Shown piece by piece: positions 41,750 to 52,403 of a stretch of 64,000 nucleotides of DNA. Made by a program: the position numbers and the translations under genes. The stretch is taken from positions 64,759 to 128,758 of the forward strand of contig CAYYQL010000005.1 of the NCBI GenBank assembly GCA_964473825.1, given 5' to 3'. Source of the DNA: an uncultured archaeon. GTDB lineage: Archaea > Asgardarchaeota > Thorarchaeia > Thorarchaeales > Thorarchaeaceae. The notes under the pieces were generated by a model that did not search any database, was not told the origin of the DNA, and saw only the letters and a list, made by a program, of their open reading frames with translations. Each line of letters begins with the position of its first letter. Position 1 is the stretch's first letter.

Positions 41750-43087
41750 TTGCGAGTTGTAGTAATTGGAGCTGGCTATGTTGGACTGACAACGGCTGTC
41801 GTCATGTCGACCGCTCACGAGGTAACAGTCGTCGATATAGAATTGGAGAAAATCAGATCCATCAACGAGGGCAAGGCACCATTCAAAGAAGAAGGAATGG
41901 ACATTCTCCTAAGAGAGGCTATTAAAAATGGAAATCTGAAGGCCGTTTCACCTGAAGAACTTCCGGAGAAGCAGGCTCTAGTTGCACTATGTGTGGGAAC
42001 TCCGCCCACTCAACATGGAACGGTCGATCTGTCACATCTTGAGGCCGCGACCAAAAATGTGCTTGAGTTTCTTCCGTCGCTCATAGATGAGTATTTAGTG
42101 ATAGCAGTCAGAAGTACAGCGCCGCCCGGGACTACCCGTTCGCTGGTTCTAGAACCCGTTCGAAAGTCGTTCTCAGAAGAACAGGTAGGCGTTGTGTTTA
42201 ACCCCGAGTTTATGAGACAGGGCTATGCAGTAGAGGATGTACGCAATCCCGACAGGACAGTAATCGGTTCGGCAGATTCAAAATCTGGGAAGACATACGA
42301 AGACATGTTGAAGCCTGTCCTCACAGACAAGAACGGTCAGGTCCTACATATGTCCCTTGAATCAGCAGAGCTGTGCAAGTATGCCAGCAATACGTTCTTG
42401 GCGACCAAGATTTCCTTCGCCAATGAAATGTCCCGTATCGCGGAGAGACTGCCTACAGTTGATGTTGATGATGTGATGGATGCAGTAGTTGCAGATAGTC
42501 GCATCTCCCCAAGTCATTTGAGACCGGGTCTTGGCTTCGGAGGGACTTGCCTGCCAAAGGACCTGAAAGGTTTGATCGCATTCGCTCAGAAACTGGGCGT
42601 TCCGACGAGTCTCTTGGAAGGAGTCAAGACTGTGAACGCCTCTACATCGATGAGACTCATGAATATCCTCGACTGTGAGAAACTGGACATAAAGGGAAAG
42701 AAGGTAGCAGTTCTCGGTCTCACTTTCAAAGCAGGTACCGACGATACGAGAGAATCACATAGTCTACACCTTATAGAGGAGCTTGAGAAATCCGGCTGCG
42801 ATATATGGGCACATGATCCGATGGTCAATGAGAAGTCTATTAGTCCGAGAATAAGGGCGATGTTCAAGAGATGTCATGATGTTACGGAGTGTACGAAGGA
42901 TGCATATGCGGTCTTCCTGATGACGGATTGGCCGGTCTATGCAGAATTTGGACTCGATAGAATCATGGCCAATACAAATGGGAAGCTGTTTATAGATGCG
43001 AGAAGACTCTTCTCGAACTCCAGTATTCCGGAAGGGATTCAATACAGATGCCTTGGCTCATTCGTGAACACAGAAGCGGGCGAATGA
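41750..43087 (+). CDS. UDP-glucose/GDP-mannose 6-dehydrogenase family (second paralog)
   Basis: GAGYVG, CVGTP, NPEF, GFGGTCLPKD. Confidence 0.94.
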   Translation: MRVVVIGAGYVGLTTAVVMSTAHEVTVVDIELEKIRSINEGKAPFKEEGMDILLREAIKNGNLKAVSPEELPEKQALVALCVGTPPTQHGTVDLSHLEAATKNVLEFLPSLIDEYLVIAVRSTAPPGTTRSLVLEPVRKSFSEEQVGVVFNPEFMRQGYAVEDVRNPDRTVIGSADSKSGKTYEDMLKPVLTDKNGQVLHMSLESAELCKYASNTFLATKISFANEMSRIAERLPTVDVDDVMDAVVADSRISPSHLRPGLGFGGTCLPKDLKGLIAFAQKLGVPTSLLEGVKTVNASTSMRLMNILDCEKLDIKGKKVAVLGLTFKAGTDDTRESHSLHLIEELEKSGCDIWAHDPMVNEKSISPRIRAMFKRCHDVTECTKDAYAVFLMTDWPVYAEFGLDRIMANTNGKLFIDARRLFSNSSIPEGIQYRCLGSFVNTEAGE

Positions 43088-43259
43088 TTCTCTCTCGATG
43101 ATTCGAGGGTGAATCTACCGGAACTAAAGCAAACTGGGTACATGTGTTCTGTAGAAGAGTCCATTATATGACAGTAATGACTCAACTCGATTTAGATGCC
43201 TGAAACATCTACAAAACAGCTATTGCAAACCATACAAACGAGGGCGATGGATTCTTATA

Positions 43260-45929
43260 ATGTGGCTTGCAGCCAGAGTTCTTGATGTGTTAGGTATGTT
43301 TGAGTGGATTGCCATTGTCGAGGAAAGAGTAGTCGGCTCGAAGGCAATCCAATGGTGGAGGAACATCAACCCGTCAGCAAGAATTCTCATTGTATACGCT
43401 GCTTCCACTCTGTCATTTCTCTTCATTTCGCATATCACCGGGATTGCATATCTCAGCCTTTTCGGGATCATACCGGGTTTTCTTTCGTTTGTAGTTATCC
43501 CGGGACTGCTTCTTTCCAACATCCTGATTCCTGATGGCCACGGGAAGCTTTGGCTCACCGTTCTCTTGGGTTTGTTATTCAACTGCGGAGTCATCCACGG
43601 CCTCTTTTTTCTGAGGCTCTTCTTTTCCGTGACAGTTCCATTGGTTGGCTGGTTACTAGCGGCTAACTCCATTCTCACGGTGTCCGTGGGACTTCTTGGA
43701 GTGACCCAAAGGATTGAACTGAGAGATATCGAGCATCTGACGCATGGGGGAGGAATGCGCCTAACATTCCTGCTCCTAGTAGGTCTTGTCATACGATTCA
43801 TTCTTGCAGCAGCGTCTACCGACTCGATTGGCCCGGACGCGTCACTCTACTCCGACTATGCTCGATTCGTGCTTGATGGGCAATTCAATACGAATGTGCT
43901 CACAGACGGTCGATTATACAACCTCGGAAATGGAGTGCAATACTGCTTCCGTCAAGGATTCATATATCTCTCATCAATCTCGTTTCTATTGTCCGAGCCG
44001 ACTGTGGCGGGACCAGTACTGATTCTCATCGTCATTGGTTCTTGCTTGGTCCTCATATCTTACGACATCTCTTCTCATTTCTTTGGTGAAAGAGCGGCTA
44101 TCGTGACAGCAGGATTAGTGTCTATACATCCTCTTCTGGTTTATCACTCTGTTGTAGCATACGGACCTGAGATATGTAGTCTAACCTTCTTCTTGGCCGG
44201 GATGACTCTATTGACAGGACATTCAGATAGCTCAGCGACCAGACTCTTGTTATCCGGATTGATGATTGGTTTCGTCGACATTATTTGGTCACCTAATTTC
44301 CTGTTCCTATCCATGGCATTGCCCGCTCTTCTTCTGATTGCGAAGCCTATGGCCGATAGGTCCAATGAGTTGATATCCGTCGGATTTATTGCTGTGGGAA
44401 TTGCACGAGTGTTCTTCTTGGATCTTCAGATGTTTGCCATAGCCATATCGTCCGTAGTAGTGATCTATGTTCTGATTGCAGCGAAGGGGCACAGGTCTGC
44501 GGTGAGGAACGCCTCTATATCAGTCGGAGGAGTGGTCGGTATGCTTCTGCTGTGGAAATTCCCGATACAAGAAGAATACGCCTCCGGCATATTAACCGGT
44601 TTAAACCTGCACGCGAACGAAATAATTGCTATTCTACAGCTTTCAGATCCTCCCATAAACATCTTCTTCAGAGAAGTCGCTCCAAATGTAATAACGGGAA
44701 TCATGTCCTTCTTCATCTATCATTCCACACCACTTCTCGTCTGCGTTGTTTGCGTTTCGGTTTTCTTGGGGATTAATCGCCGAGTTGCTTTGGGGCTTCT
44801 AGCGATGTGCCTAGTTGGGCTCGTAGGCACTGCATTCGTTATGAATTCGTTGGGCGGTTTCAAGGAGGTCCTGACTCTCCGTTACTTCTACTCCGATTCG
44901 CGCTTCTTCGTGTCAATTGTAACACTTGTTTTGATAGCAACCGGGGGAGCTTTCCAACGGATAACGAGTGACTCGCTCTTCAAAGTGACTCGGAAGGGAT
45001 TCAATGCGCCTTTGTTTTCTCATAAGAGATTAGCGGGCGCCCTCATTTCAATAGCGATAGTAGTAAGTTTCGTTCCGGCTTACTCGATGATGCCGGCCGG
45101 CCTAGAGCTGATAGACTGTGAGGCAAGATACGGCTGGGTCAACCTCGGGCCCGCAGTCGTTTCTTTAACTGATGATGATGCAGTATTCATCGTAGATCGG
45201 GCCACAGAATTCTCATGGTTGACTGCAAGGAGAAGCGCAAAGCCAGCCCTCTCAAGAGGAGGGCTCTCGATGCACCGAGCGTTGACATCCCTTGGGGTGC
45301 GTGCTGCAGCATTTGGAGCGACATACTTCGTCCTCGATAGCTATACGGTTGCATATTATAGGACCCTTGACAATCTCCTCAACCTGCCCCTAGCAGTGAT
45401 GGGTGCAGTTCCCCTCAATCCCAAGGAGAACAACTATACCAAAGACAGATTCGAAGTTTCGTCGCTGATCCTCCAGTATCAGACACCTCCAAATCAAGAT
45501 GGTAACTATGCACGGCTCTTTACTTTCGGAACATCCAACTTCACCCGAACTTCTGAAGTGAACTTCCTTGACGACGGATGGGCAGCAGGAAATGACGGGT
45601 CAATCAATAATGAGAGTGGTCTTGCTCGAATCGAGGTCGGAGAAGGCAGCAACTACACCTTTACTCTCCGCACACACCCTTTTGACCTGAATCTCTCCAG
45701 CACATCTGGCTTCATTCATATGAGATTCCATGAGCATTCAGCGACAGTTGCCAGAGTGGAATTCTACGACGAGAATGGCAATTTCGCGGGATATAGTTCA
45801 GATATGGGAAGCAGTGGTCATTTCCACTTCACTGGCGACTTGGTGCTAGGCGACATCAGGGTGGTTGTCGAGGGCGAATCGGGCGGATACGTCACTGTGA
45901 CCGATATGGCACTCTGGCAGAAGACATAG
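43260..45929 (+). CDS. Large multi-TM GT-C-fold (PMT/GT39-like) protein with C-terminal beta-rich domain
   Basis: IGPDASLYSDYAR loop motif, many TM helices, soluble beta-rich tail. Confidence 0.75.
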   Translation: MWLAARVLDVLGMFEWIAIVEERVVGSKAIQWWRNINPSARILIVYAASTLSFLFISHITGIAYLSLFGIIPGFLSFVVIPGLLLSNILIPDGHGKLWLTVLLGLLFNCGVIHGLFFLRLFFSVTVPLVGWLLAANSILTVSVGLLGVTQRIELRDIEHLTHGGGMRLTFLLLVGLVIRFILAAASTDSIGPDASLYSDYARFVLDGQFNTNVLTDGRLYNLGNGVQYCFRQGFIYLSSISFLLSEPTVAGPVLILIVIGSCLVLISYDISSHFFGERAAIVTAGLVSIHPLLVYHSVVAYGPEICSLTFFLAGMTLLTGHSDSSATRLLLSGLMIGFVDIIWSPNFLFLSMALPALLLIAKPMADRSNELISVGFIAVGIARVFFLDLQMFAIAISSVVVIYVLIAAKGHRSAVRNASISVGGVVGMLLLWKFPIQEEYASGILTGLNLHANEIIAILQLSDPPINIFFREVAPNVITGIMSFFIYHSTPLLVCVVCVSVFLGINRRVALGLLAMCLVGLVGTAFVMNSLGGFKEVLTLRYFYSDSRFFVSIVTLVLIATGGAFQRITSDSLFKVTRKGFNAPLFSHKRLAGALISIAIVVSFVPAYSMMPAGLELIDCEARYGWVNLGPAVVSLTDDDAVFIVDRATEFSWLTARRSAKPALSRGGLSMHRALTSLGVRAAAFGATYFVLDSYTVAYYRTLDNLLNLPLAVMGAVPLNPKENNYTKDRFEVSSLILQYQTPPNQDGNYARLFTFGTSNFTRTSEVNFLDDGWAAGNDGSINNESGLARIEVGEGSNYTFTLRTHPFDLNLSSTSGFIHMRFHEHSATVARVEFYDENGNFAGYSSDMGSSGHFHFTGDLVLGDIRVVVEGESGGYVTVTDMALWQKT

Positions 45930-45954
45930 TCATGGTTGACGGATAACCACTGCT

Positions 45955-46470
45955 TCAGGTATCCCGATTAGAAGTTGAGCTTGCATTTCGATTCCTCAGT
46001 TTCTGACCAAACCCATATTTCATCAGTAGAGCAGTCGCTAAGGCAACGAGGCCGAATAGCGGATAGCCCCAGAAGTCCGACCAGAAGAAGCCAAAATCAA
46101 TGGGAAGTCTCAAAGGGTAGAAGAGATAGAGGCCGCGCTCAGACCATGGATTCATCGTCATATCCAACAGGAGGTGGCTTGCACACCCTACAAGGACGAG
46201 CCGAAACCTCTCTAGTAGAGGCATTTGTTCTAGGTGAAAACAAGAGGCCGTAGCGTAAGAAAGCACCAGAGCTCCCAGTATTGAATGAAACCCTGAGGTC
46301 AGACCAATCCAGTAGAAGTCCGTTGTAGCGAGCAACCATGTGACAGGCCGCTCGATATCAATGATGACAGCTCCAACTACAATCAGCATCTGTTCCATCC
46401 TGCAATCATCTCTCCGGACAAGGAGTGCGAGCGAGATACCGAATAGAACGTGGGTGAGTACATCGGGCAT
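45955..46470 (-). CDS. Membrane-bound metal-dependent hydrolase (YdjM-like)
   Basis: LTH, IDIE, FHS, SHLLLD, LFYP. Confidence 0.8.
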   Translation of the reverse strand: MPDVLTHVLFGISLALLVRRDDCRMEQMLIVVGAVIIDIERPVTWLLATTDFYWIGLTSGFHSILGALVLSYATASCFHLEQMPLLERFRLVLVGCASHLLLDMTMNPWSERGLYLFYPLRLPIDFGFFWSDFWGYPLFGLVALATALLMKYGFGQKLRNRNASSTSNRDT

Positions 46471-46474
46471 TGGC

Positions 46475-46951
46475 TCAGCTCCGCCCCACAAATGCTAGTT
46501 CATCCAAGTCGATAGTGTAAACCCCAAAGAAGAGCATCACGAACAAGACAATGCCAGGAATGGATCGGAGTGTAGAGCTATTGGCTTGGTGTATATAGAA
46601 CTCCTGGACGATAATTGAATTGTTTGAGGCGACCCATGATACTCCGCGGAAAACTACATGGTCACCCACTGAGAGGTCCCCTGTTGGCTCAGCAAACACC
46701 AGCAGAACTCCGTAGGTAGTGTTTCCTATCAGAATGAAGCCCTGACTGGCAATCGAAGTGATGGTCGTACTTGAGGATATCTTGTGTCCCTCGAGTGGGG
46801 ATGGTGCTTCTATGATCCTCCTGATGTCAATGAGCGTATAGCCTGACTGAGAAGTGGAATAGGGAGGCACCAAGCTCACTGTCACTATCAGGCCAAAGAA
46901 GGCGACGAGCAGAATCATGCCCTTCACAAGTTCGCTGCGAGGTCGCTTCAT
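46475..46951 (-). CDS. Hypothetical membrane protein with possible OB-fold
   Basis: TM helices at both ends; VGDHVVFRG segment. Confidence 0.65.
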   Translation of the reverse strand: MKRPRSELVKGMILLVAFFGLIVTVSLVPPYSTSQSGYTLIDIRRIIEAPSPLEGHKISSSTTITSIASQGFILIGNTTYGVLLVFAEPTGDLSVGDHVVFRGVSWVASNNSIIVQEFYIHQANSSTLRSIPGIVLFVMLFFGVYTIDLDELAFVGRS

Positions 46952-47118
46952 GGTTGACTCCAGATAACACCATCCAATTAACCGTTTCCAAAGAACGGAT
47001 TGGCACAAGCATGACTTCCGATATCACAGGAATGATGCCGGAGTGAAATACTCTCTGCAGTGATATGGACCAATATGCTAAATAGCACGGGAGGAACCAC
47101 ACATCCTCGGGGTCAGCC

Positions 47119-48165
47119 GTGGGCCAGAAGAAACGTGTTCTGATGTTGGTCGAGAGGTACATGCCTGCTGTTGGAGGGGTAGAGAAGCATCTAGCGAATG
47201 TCTTAGAAACCCTCAACGACCAATCCTATGAATTCGTTGTCCTCACAGCCAGTCATAAGAGGGGACTTCCACTCGTCGAAAAGGCACCTCATGCAGAGAT
47301 CATTCGTATACCCCACGGTAAAGAGAGAAATCCCCTTGCAGTCTGTCGTTACATCCAGTCGATAAGACATCGGATTGCGCCATACCATGTCCTCCATATC
47401 CACGATGTCATGCCGCTCCTCTTCTGGTGGATTCCCGTTCTATCCCTCGGTATCAGCCGGCCATACATGACCTTTCATGGTTACGAACAAGACCCAGTGC
47501 CAATCTTTTGGAGACTAGTCAGACACGTTTCCGCGAAGATAGCGAAGGAATCATTGTGTATTGGGAGGTTTATCGAGGATATCTATGGAATCGAATGCGA
47601 CCACTTGTCGATTGGAGCAGTCCGAAGTATTGAGAGAGAGTCGCATGAATCAAGTGGGCTCATCTATGTGGGAAGACTGGAACCTGATACCGGGATTATG
47701 AGCTACATCGAAGCATTGAAGATTCTCAGACGGCAATACAATCTTGAGATTCCACTGACAGTCTGTGGAGCTGGCAGTCTTGCAGATGCAATACGGCGAC
47801 TTGCTCGACAAGAGGACCTTGATGTGACACTCAAGGGTGTGGTTAACAATCCAGCAGAGAATATTAACGGAAGACTTGCATCTCTCTCTGCGGGATACCT
47901 CTCAATTCTTGAATCGATGATGATGGGAGTTCCGGTCATCGGAATGGCAAAGACCTACTTGCGACATCGCTACCTTCTGGCTGTACGCAAGGCCGGAGGA
48001 CCTATCTCGATCCAGACAAATGCTTCCGGGATTGCGGATGAAATAGTCCGGTTGTACCAAAACAAGAATCTGAGAAAAACCCTCTCACGAAGAGCAGAGA
48101 GATTCGCGGAAAAACACAGCTGGGAGAAGCTGGCAGACATATACCGTACGATGTGGGCTAGTTGA
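47119..48165 (+). CDS. Glycosyltransferase family 4
   Basis: PAVGGVEKH, YVGRLE, ILESMMMGVPVI. Confidence 0.9.
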   Translation: MGQKKRVLMLVERYMPAVGGVEKHLANVLETLNDQSYEFVVLTASHKRGLPLVEKAPHAEIIRIPHGKERNPLAVCRYIQSIRHRIAPYHVLHIHDVMPLLFWWIPVLSLGISRPYMTFHGYEQDPVPIFWRLVRHVSAKIAKESLCIGRFIEDIYGIECDHLSIGAVRSIERESHESSGLIYVGRLEPDTGIMSYIEALKILRRQYNLEIPLTVCGAGSLADAIRRLARQEDLDVTLKGVVNNPAENINGRLASLSAGYLSILESMMMGVPVIGMAKTYLRHRYLLAVRKAGGPISIQTNASGIADEIVRLYQNKNLRKTLSRRAERFAEKHSWEKLADIYRTMWAS

Positions 48166-48179
48166 TGCTCCGGGTCTTG

Positions 48180-49700
48180 CTACAAAAGCCGCCGCTCCAG
48201 CCAATCTATGGCAGGATGAAGTCTTGAAGGCGCAACCGAGCGGGCGACTCTGAAATCAAGGGAGTTCGGCTCACGAAGGACAAGCAGGAGCAGAATGTAT
48301 ACTGCAAGAGAGATGATGCCCCAGATTGCCATTTCGATAAGTCCATCGAATCCCACGAACCGAAGTAATAACCCCGCAGCAGAAGAGGCAAATACAACTC
48401 GTAGCACTGTGTGTCCCTTGGGAGTCACATTCCTGATATCCAACTGACGCAGTCGGATGAGAGATGCAGCAAACAGAGCAAGGACGTACACAGAGCGGAT
48501 GAGCGCCGCACCGAAGACCCCGAACCATGCGGTCAGGTACCAGCAACCAATGATCTCGAACACGATGATGCTTGACCCAACCATGATAAAGAACCTAGAC
48601 TCCCCAACGGACCTCAGAACAGTGTGCAGGCTATAGGTGAGTCCCCAAAGACAGTAGGCAAAGACCAGGAGGGAGAGAGTGACAGGAGCATCGGGAAAGG
48701 TTGCGTAGGAAACTCCATAGACTTCGCGTAGAATACCATAAGAGTTCAGTGACGCAATGACGGCTACAGGAAAGAGAAGGATGAACACATATCGGAGAAG
48801 CGCAGCTGTGGCTCCGCCCATGGCAGTAGAGGCGCGCCCCTCCCTTTGGCTGTCAACCCTGAAGCGAGTGAGAACAGGATACAGCGAAGTTGAAATCGAC
48901 AGCGAAACAAAGCTCATGAGAAAGAGCATCCCGAGGATGACATCGTAGACCCCGAGGCTGGTTAGGTCTGTCTGGTGGAGTAGGATGATCCGGTCGGTGT
49001 TCTGCATAGTCACATCGACAGCCTGAAAGACCAGATTCGGAAGGGCGAATGCTAGTACAGGACGCATCGCAATGGACTCGCTGTCGGCAGGAAGATCTCT
49101 GAAGGCGGGAAGTATGAAGGCAATGCAGGCCACCAGTTCCCCGACAAGCCACCCCACAACCACTCCGAAGACGCTGAAGTCCACCAGGACTAGGCCGACC
49201 GTTGCAGCCACCCGCGCAAAGTCGAATACAATACGGCCCCCGGCCAAGAAACGGACTTTGTATCGTGCAAGCAGAAATGAATCCAGAAATGCCTCTAGTG
49301 ATGAGAACGGAGCGACAATCAGTGCAAAGAGTAGTATATCGCCACTTAAGACACCTGATGATACCAGCCATGGGGACATCAGTCCGACAACCACGACAAG
49401 CGCAAGCGATGTCACTATGACGATTCCCAGAGAGTGCTTGAGAAAGCCCCTCACTCGACCCAAGTGTCCCTTTCGTACATCCTCGCTGACAACGAGGGGT
49501 GCAGCATGGTTGAGTCCTGCAGTTCCCAAGAACTGAAGAAACCCGTAGATTATGGACAGTACCGCCACCTGCCCCATCTCGGCCTGCAACAAGAGGCGGG
49601 TCAGAATCATGATGTTGACCACTCTGAAGAGGCCCGAAAGGACCGATTGACCCAGTAGTGCAGTGGTTCCACGTGCTGAGTCAACTGGTGCCTCCATCAT
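48180..49700 (-). CDS. Oligosaccharide flippase (Wzx/MOP)
   Basis: ILTRLL...G, TDRIIL...LGVY, FGVFGAA; about 14 TM helices. Confidence 0.88.
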   Translation of the reverse strand: MMEAPVDSARGTTALLGQSVLSGLFRVVNIMILTRLLLQAEMGQVAVLSIIYGFLQFLGTAGLNHAAPLVVSEDVRKGHLGRVRGFLKHSLGIVIVTSLALVVVVGLMSPWLVSSGVLSGDILLFALIVAPFSSLEAFLDSFLLARYKVRFLAGGRIVFDFARVAATVGLVLVDFSVFGVVVGWLVGELVACIAFILPAFRDLPADSESIAMRPVLAFALPNLVFQAVDVTMQNTDRIILLHQTDLTSLGVYDVILGMLFLMSFVSLSISTSLYPVLTRFRVDSQREGRASTAMGGATAALLRYVFILLFPVAVIASLNSYGILREVYGVSYATFPDAPVTLSLLVFAYCLWGLTYSLHTVLRSVGESRFFIMVGSSIIVFEIIGCWYLTAWFGVFGAALIRSVYVLALFAASLIRLRQLDIRNVTPKGHTVLRVVFASSAAGLLLRFVGFDGLIEMAIWGIISLAVYILLLLVLREPNSLDFRVARSVAPSRLHPAIDWLERRLL

Positions 49701-49768
49701 GTTATCAGACCTGTTTTCTGGTTATGGGCAATTCTTTTGAATGTGTTCAGTGCCATGATAGCACAATC

Positions 49769-50986
49769 ATGTTGCGTGTGGTCATCATATCTACCTTGCC
49801 GCCAATCCAAGCGGGAGAATCACCCTATACGGAGAACTTAATCCAAGAGCTCGAACAATATGAGGATATCGAGATTCACGCGGTCAGTTTCAACGAAGCC
49901 GATGACCTAGAGTGCGAGTCGGACCGTGTCCACACCCACAGTATATGGAATCCGAGGAGCCCATTCTATCCATGCATCCTTTCGCAAAAGATCAGAGAGC
50001 TGAAACCACACATCGTACATGTTCAGTTTGGTCCCCACGGGGAGGTCTTTGGAGGGCTGTTCGGAGAGCCAATGCTCCTGCTGCTGCTGCTGCTTCGTTT
50101 GGCTGGCATACGGACAACCGTGACACTGCACAGTACATGGATGCCCGATCAGGTGGAAGAACGTATCCGCTCCTACGGCATCATGGGAAGGCTCTCATTG
50201 TTTGCCCGACCGATGTTCAGGCTGTATAACAGGTTCCTTGATCTGGGAACAACGACCATACAACTGAGCACAACCACCCTGGAGTCTTCGCTGAGAAGTC
50301 ACTTCCTGAAAGAATACAACATCAACCCCGAGAAAGTCCTTGAGATTCCACATCCCTGCAAACCTGTTGCTCAAGTCCCGGATACAAGAGTCGCACAAGC
50401 ACAACTGGGCCTTGAGAACAAGAAAATCACCCTGTCGTTCGGATTCATACGTAGAGGAAAGGGGATTGAAACAGCTATTGAGGCTATGGACAATGTGCGC
50501 TCCGAGGTAGATGATGCGCTTTTGTTGATCGCAGGAAGGCCACTCGATTCTGACGGTGCGAGGTACTTGAAGGAACTGAAGAACCTTCGGAGAAGACTGG
50601 GTCTTGAGGAGTGGGTGCAGTTCAGAAGCAAGTATATCGAAGACGAACTGGTCCCCCACTACTTCGCAGCGGCATCAGTCATTGTTCTACCATACGGGGA
50701 GAGTGTGGGTGCAAGTGGTCCGGCCCACAATTATGCAGGATACGGAATCCCAATCGTTGCATCGGACGCTGGGCTCCATATGAGAGATACGCTGGGCGGA
50801 AGTCTCACCCTCTTCGAGAGAGGTAACGCCACCGAGCTGGCGCAGAAACTCGTTTCTCTTCTTGGTAATCCAGAACGAAGAGAAAGGATAGGAGAAGAGA
50901 TGAAGGAATATGCATCAGAAGAAACTTGGAGTGTGGCCGCCCGGAGAACGCTTCAGAACTACGTGAAGACACTCAGGATCAAGTGA
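49769..50986 (+). CDS. Glycosyltransferase family 4
   Basis: VHVQF, FGFIRRGKGIE, VLPY...SG, PIVASD. Confidence 0.9.
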   Translation: MLRVVIISTLPPIQAGESPYTENLIQELEQYEDIEIHAVSFNEADDLECESDRVHTHSIWNPRSPFYPCILSQKIRELKPHIVHVQFGPHGEVFGGLFGEPMLLLLLLLRLAGIRTTVTLHSTWMPDQVEERIRSYGIMGRLSLFARPMFRLYNRFLDLGTTTIQLSTTTLESSLRSHFLKEYNINPEKVLEIPHPCKPVAQVPDTRVAQAQLGLENKKITLSFGFIRRGKGIETAIEAMDNVRSEVDDALLLIAGRPLDSDGARYLKELKNLRRRLGLEEWVQFRSKYIEDELVPHYFAAASVIVLPYGESVGASGPAHNYAGYGIPIVASDAGLHMRDTLGGSLTLFERGNATELAQKLVSLLGNPERRERIGEEMKEYASEETWSVAARRTLQNYVKTLRIK

Positions 50987-51027
50987 CGTGAAAATCTTCG
51001 CCTAGTCGAACTGGATTCCTGTAGCCA

Positions 51028-52347
51028 TCAGTACCTGGATTTGTGAGAAAATCTGGGTCGGAGAATGCTGGACGGAACTACTGGCCCCCGCGAAAGCTTC
51101 TCACACTCGGACAAGAAATGCCGGGCCAGAACATCCCACGAGTAGTTTCGTTCTATGCACTCTCTTGCTCGTGTTCCAAGTGTTCGCCGCCTCTGCGGAT
51201 CCCGGCAAAGGTCCACCACTGCATCGCACAATTCATCAACTGCTCCGGGTTTGACAAGAACCCCCGTAGACTCATCAAGAGCCTCTTTCGTGCCTGCCAC
51301 ACTTGTTGCAACTACAGCGTTCCCCGCAGCCATATACTCGAACAGTTTCAGGGGAGAGGCAGCATGCGAGACCGGGCTATCCGGAAAGATGCAGAGTGAG
51401 ATATCTGCAGCTGCAGTGAACTTGGGCATGTCTTCAAAGGGATGCAGTCCTGCATGGACAAACATATGCCCCAGGTTGTCACGAATCAGCCTCTTGAGAA
51501 GACCAGTAGATGGATCACCAGCCCCTACCAACAGAATGAGCGAACCGGGAAAGTCCCGATTCAACCGCTTTGCCAGGTCGTAGATTGCTGACACTCCGGC
51601 CCACTCCTCAAGGTGGCCCGTGAAGAGAATGATAGACCTATCACTTAGCCTGTACTTCTCAACAATATCACCGGTCGGCACATCAGGACGGAAGGTGTCA
51701 AGATCTGCTCCATTGGGAATCACTGCTATCTTCTCTTCAGAGATTCCGTACCCGACGAGTAGTCGTTTCAAGAAATTAGTTGCCGCAAAGACACGGTTCG
51801 AGAGCCGATAGAGGAGATTCTCGGCAAGCTGAAGCAGTACAGGCCCCAGACTGGAGATACTCTCGTCGACAAGACTCGCAGCATATGCCGCCATCCAATC
51901 GGGACAACCCATCATGAGTGGACGTAAAGACATCTTGGCAGAGAGAAGCGAGACCACTCCCACAATAGGGGAAGCATGAGCGGCCACAACAACATCAGCT
52001 TGATGTTTCAATACTGAATGTATCCCTCTCAGAATGAAGAGAGCCAAAGTGATGAAATAAGCAATGGGCGGAAATTTTCGCCACAGCGCTACAAGATATC
52101 TGTTCAGAAGGAGGTATTCTGCCGTGATATTCTCCCCGACATTCGGAGGACCGTTCTTCCAGTTCTCTTTATAGGCCCAATCATCAGGTCGATGGCCAAC
52201 AAGATACCGTAGCGGCTGCGTCGCTATGAAATGGACCTTGACTCCTCTCTTCGCAGTTCGTGTGGCAAACTCGAACACCGAACGGTCAGAACCAAGATAT
52301 GGCGGGAAATGTTCCACAAAGACCGCTATCCGTTCGACCTTAGGCAC
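51028..52347 (-). CDS. Glycosyltransferase family 4
   Basis: IPNGAD, SPLKLFEYMAAG, YSW. Confidence 0.92.
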   Translation of the reverse strand: MPKVERIAVFVEHFPPYLGSDRSVFEFATRTAKRGVKVHFIATQPLRYLVGHRPDDWAYKENWKNGPPNVGENITAEYLLLNRYLVALWRKFPPIAYFITLALFILRGIHSVLKHQADVVVAAHASPIVGVVSLLSAKMSLRPLMMGCPDWMAAYAASLVDESISSLGPVLLQLAENLLYRLSNRVFAATNFLKRLLVGYGISEEKIAVIPNGADLDTFRPDVPTGDIVEKYRLSDRSIILFTGHLEEWAGVSAIYDLAKRLNRDFPGSLILLVGAGDPSTGLLKRLIRDNLGHMFVHAGLHPFEDMPKFTAAADISLCIFPDSPVSHAASPLKLFEYMAAGNAVVATSVAGTKEALDESTGVLVKPGAVDELCDAVVDLCRDPQRRRTLGTRARECIERNYSWDVLARHFLSECEKLSRGPVVPSSILRPRFSHKSRY

Positions 52348-52403
52348 TGATTCTGTCCTCTCCTGAGCAGTATCCAGAGTCTACACCTGCCTCCACATAT
52401 AAC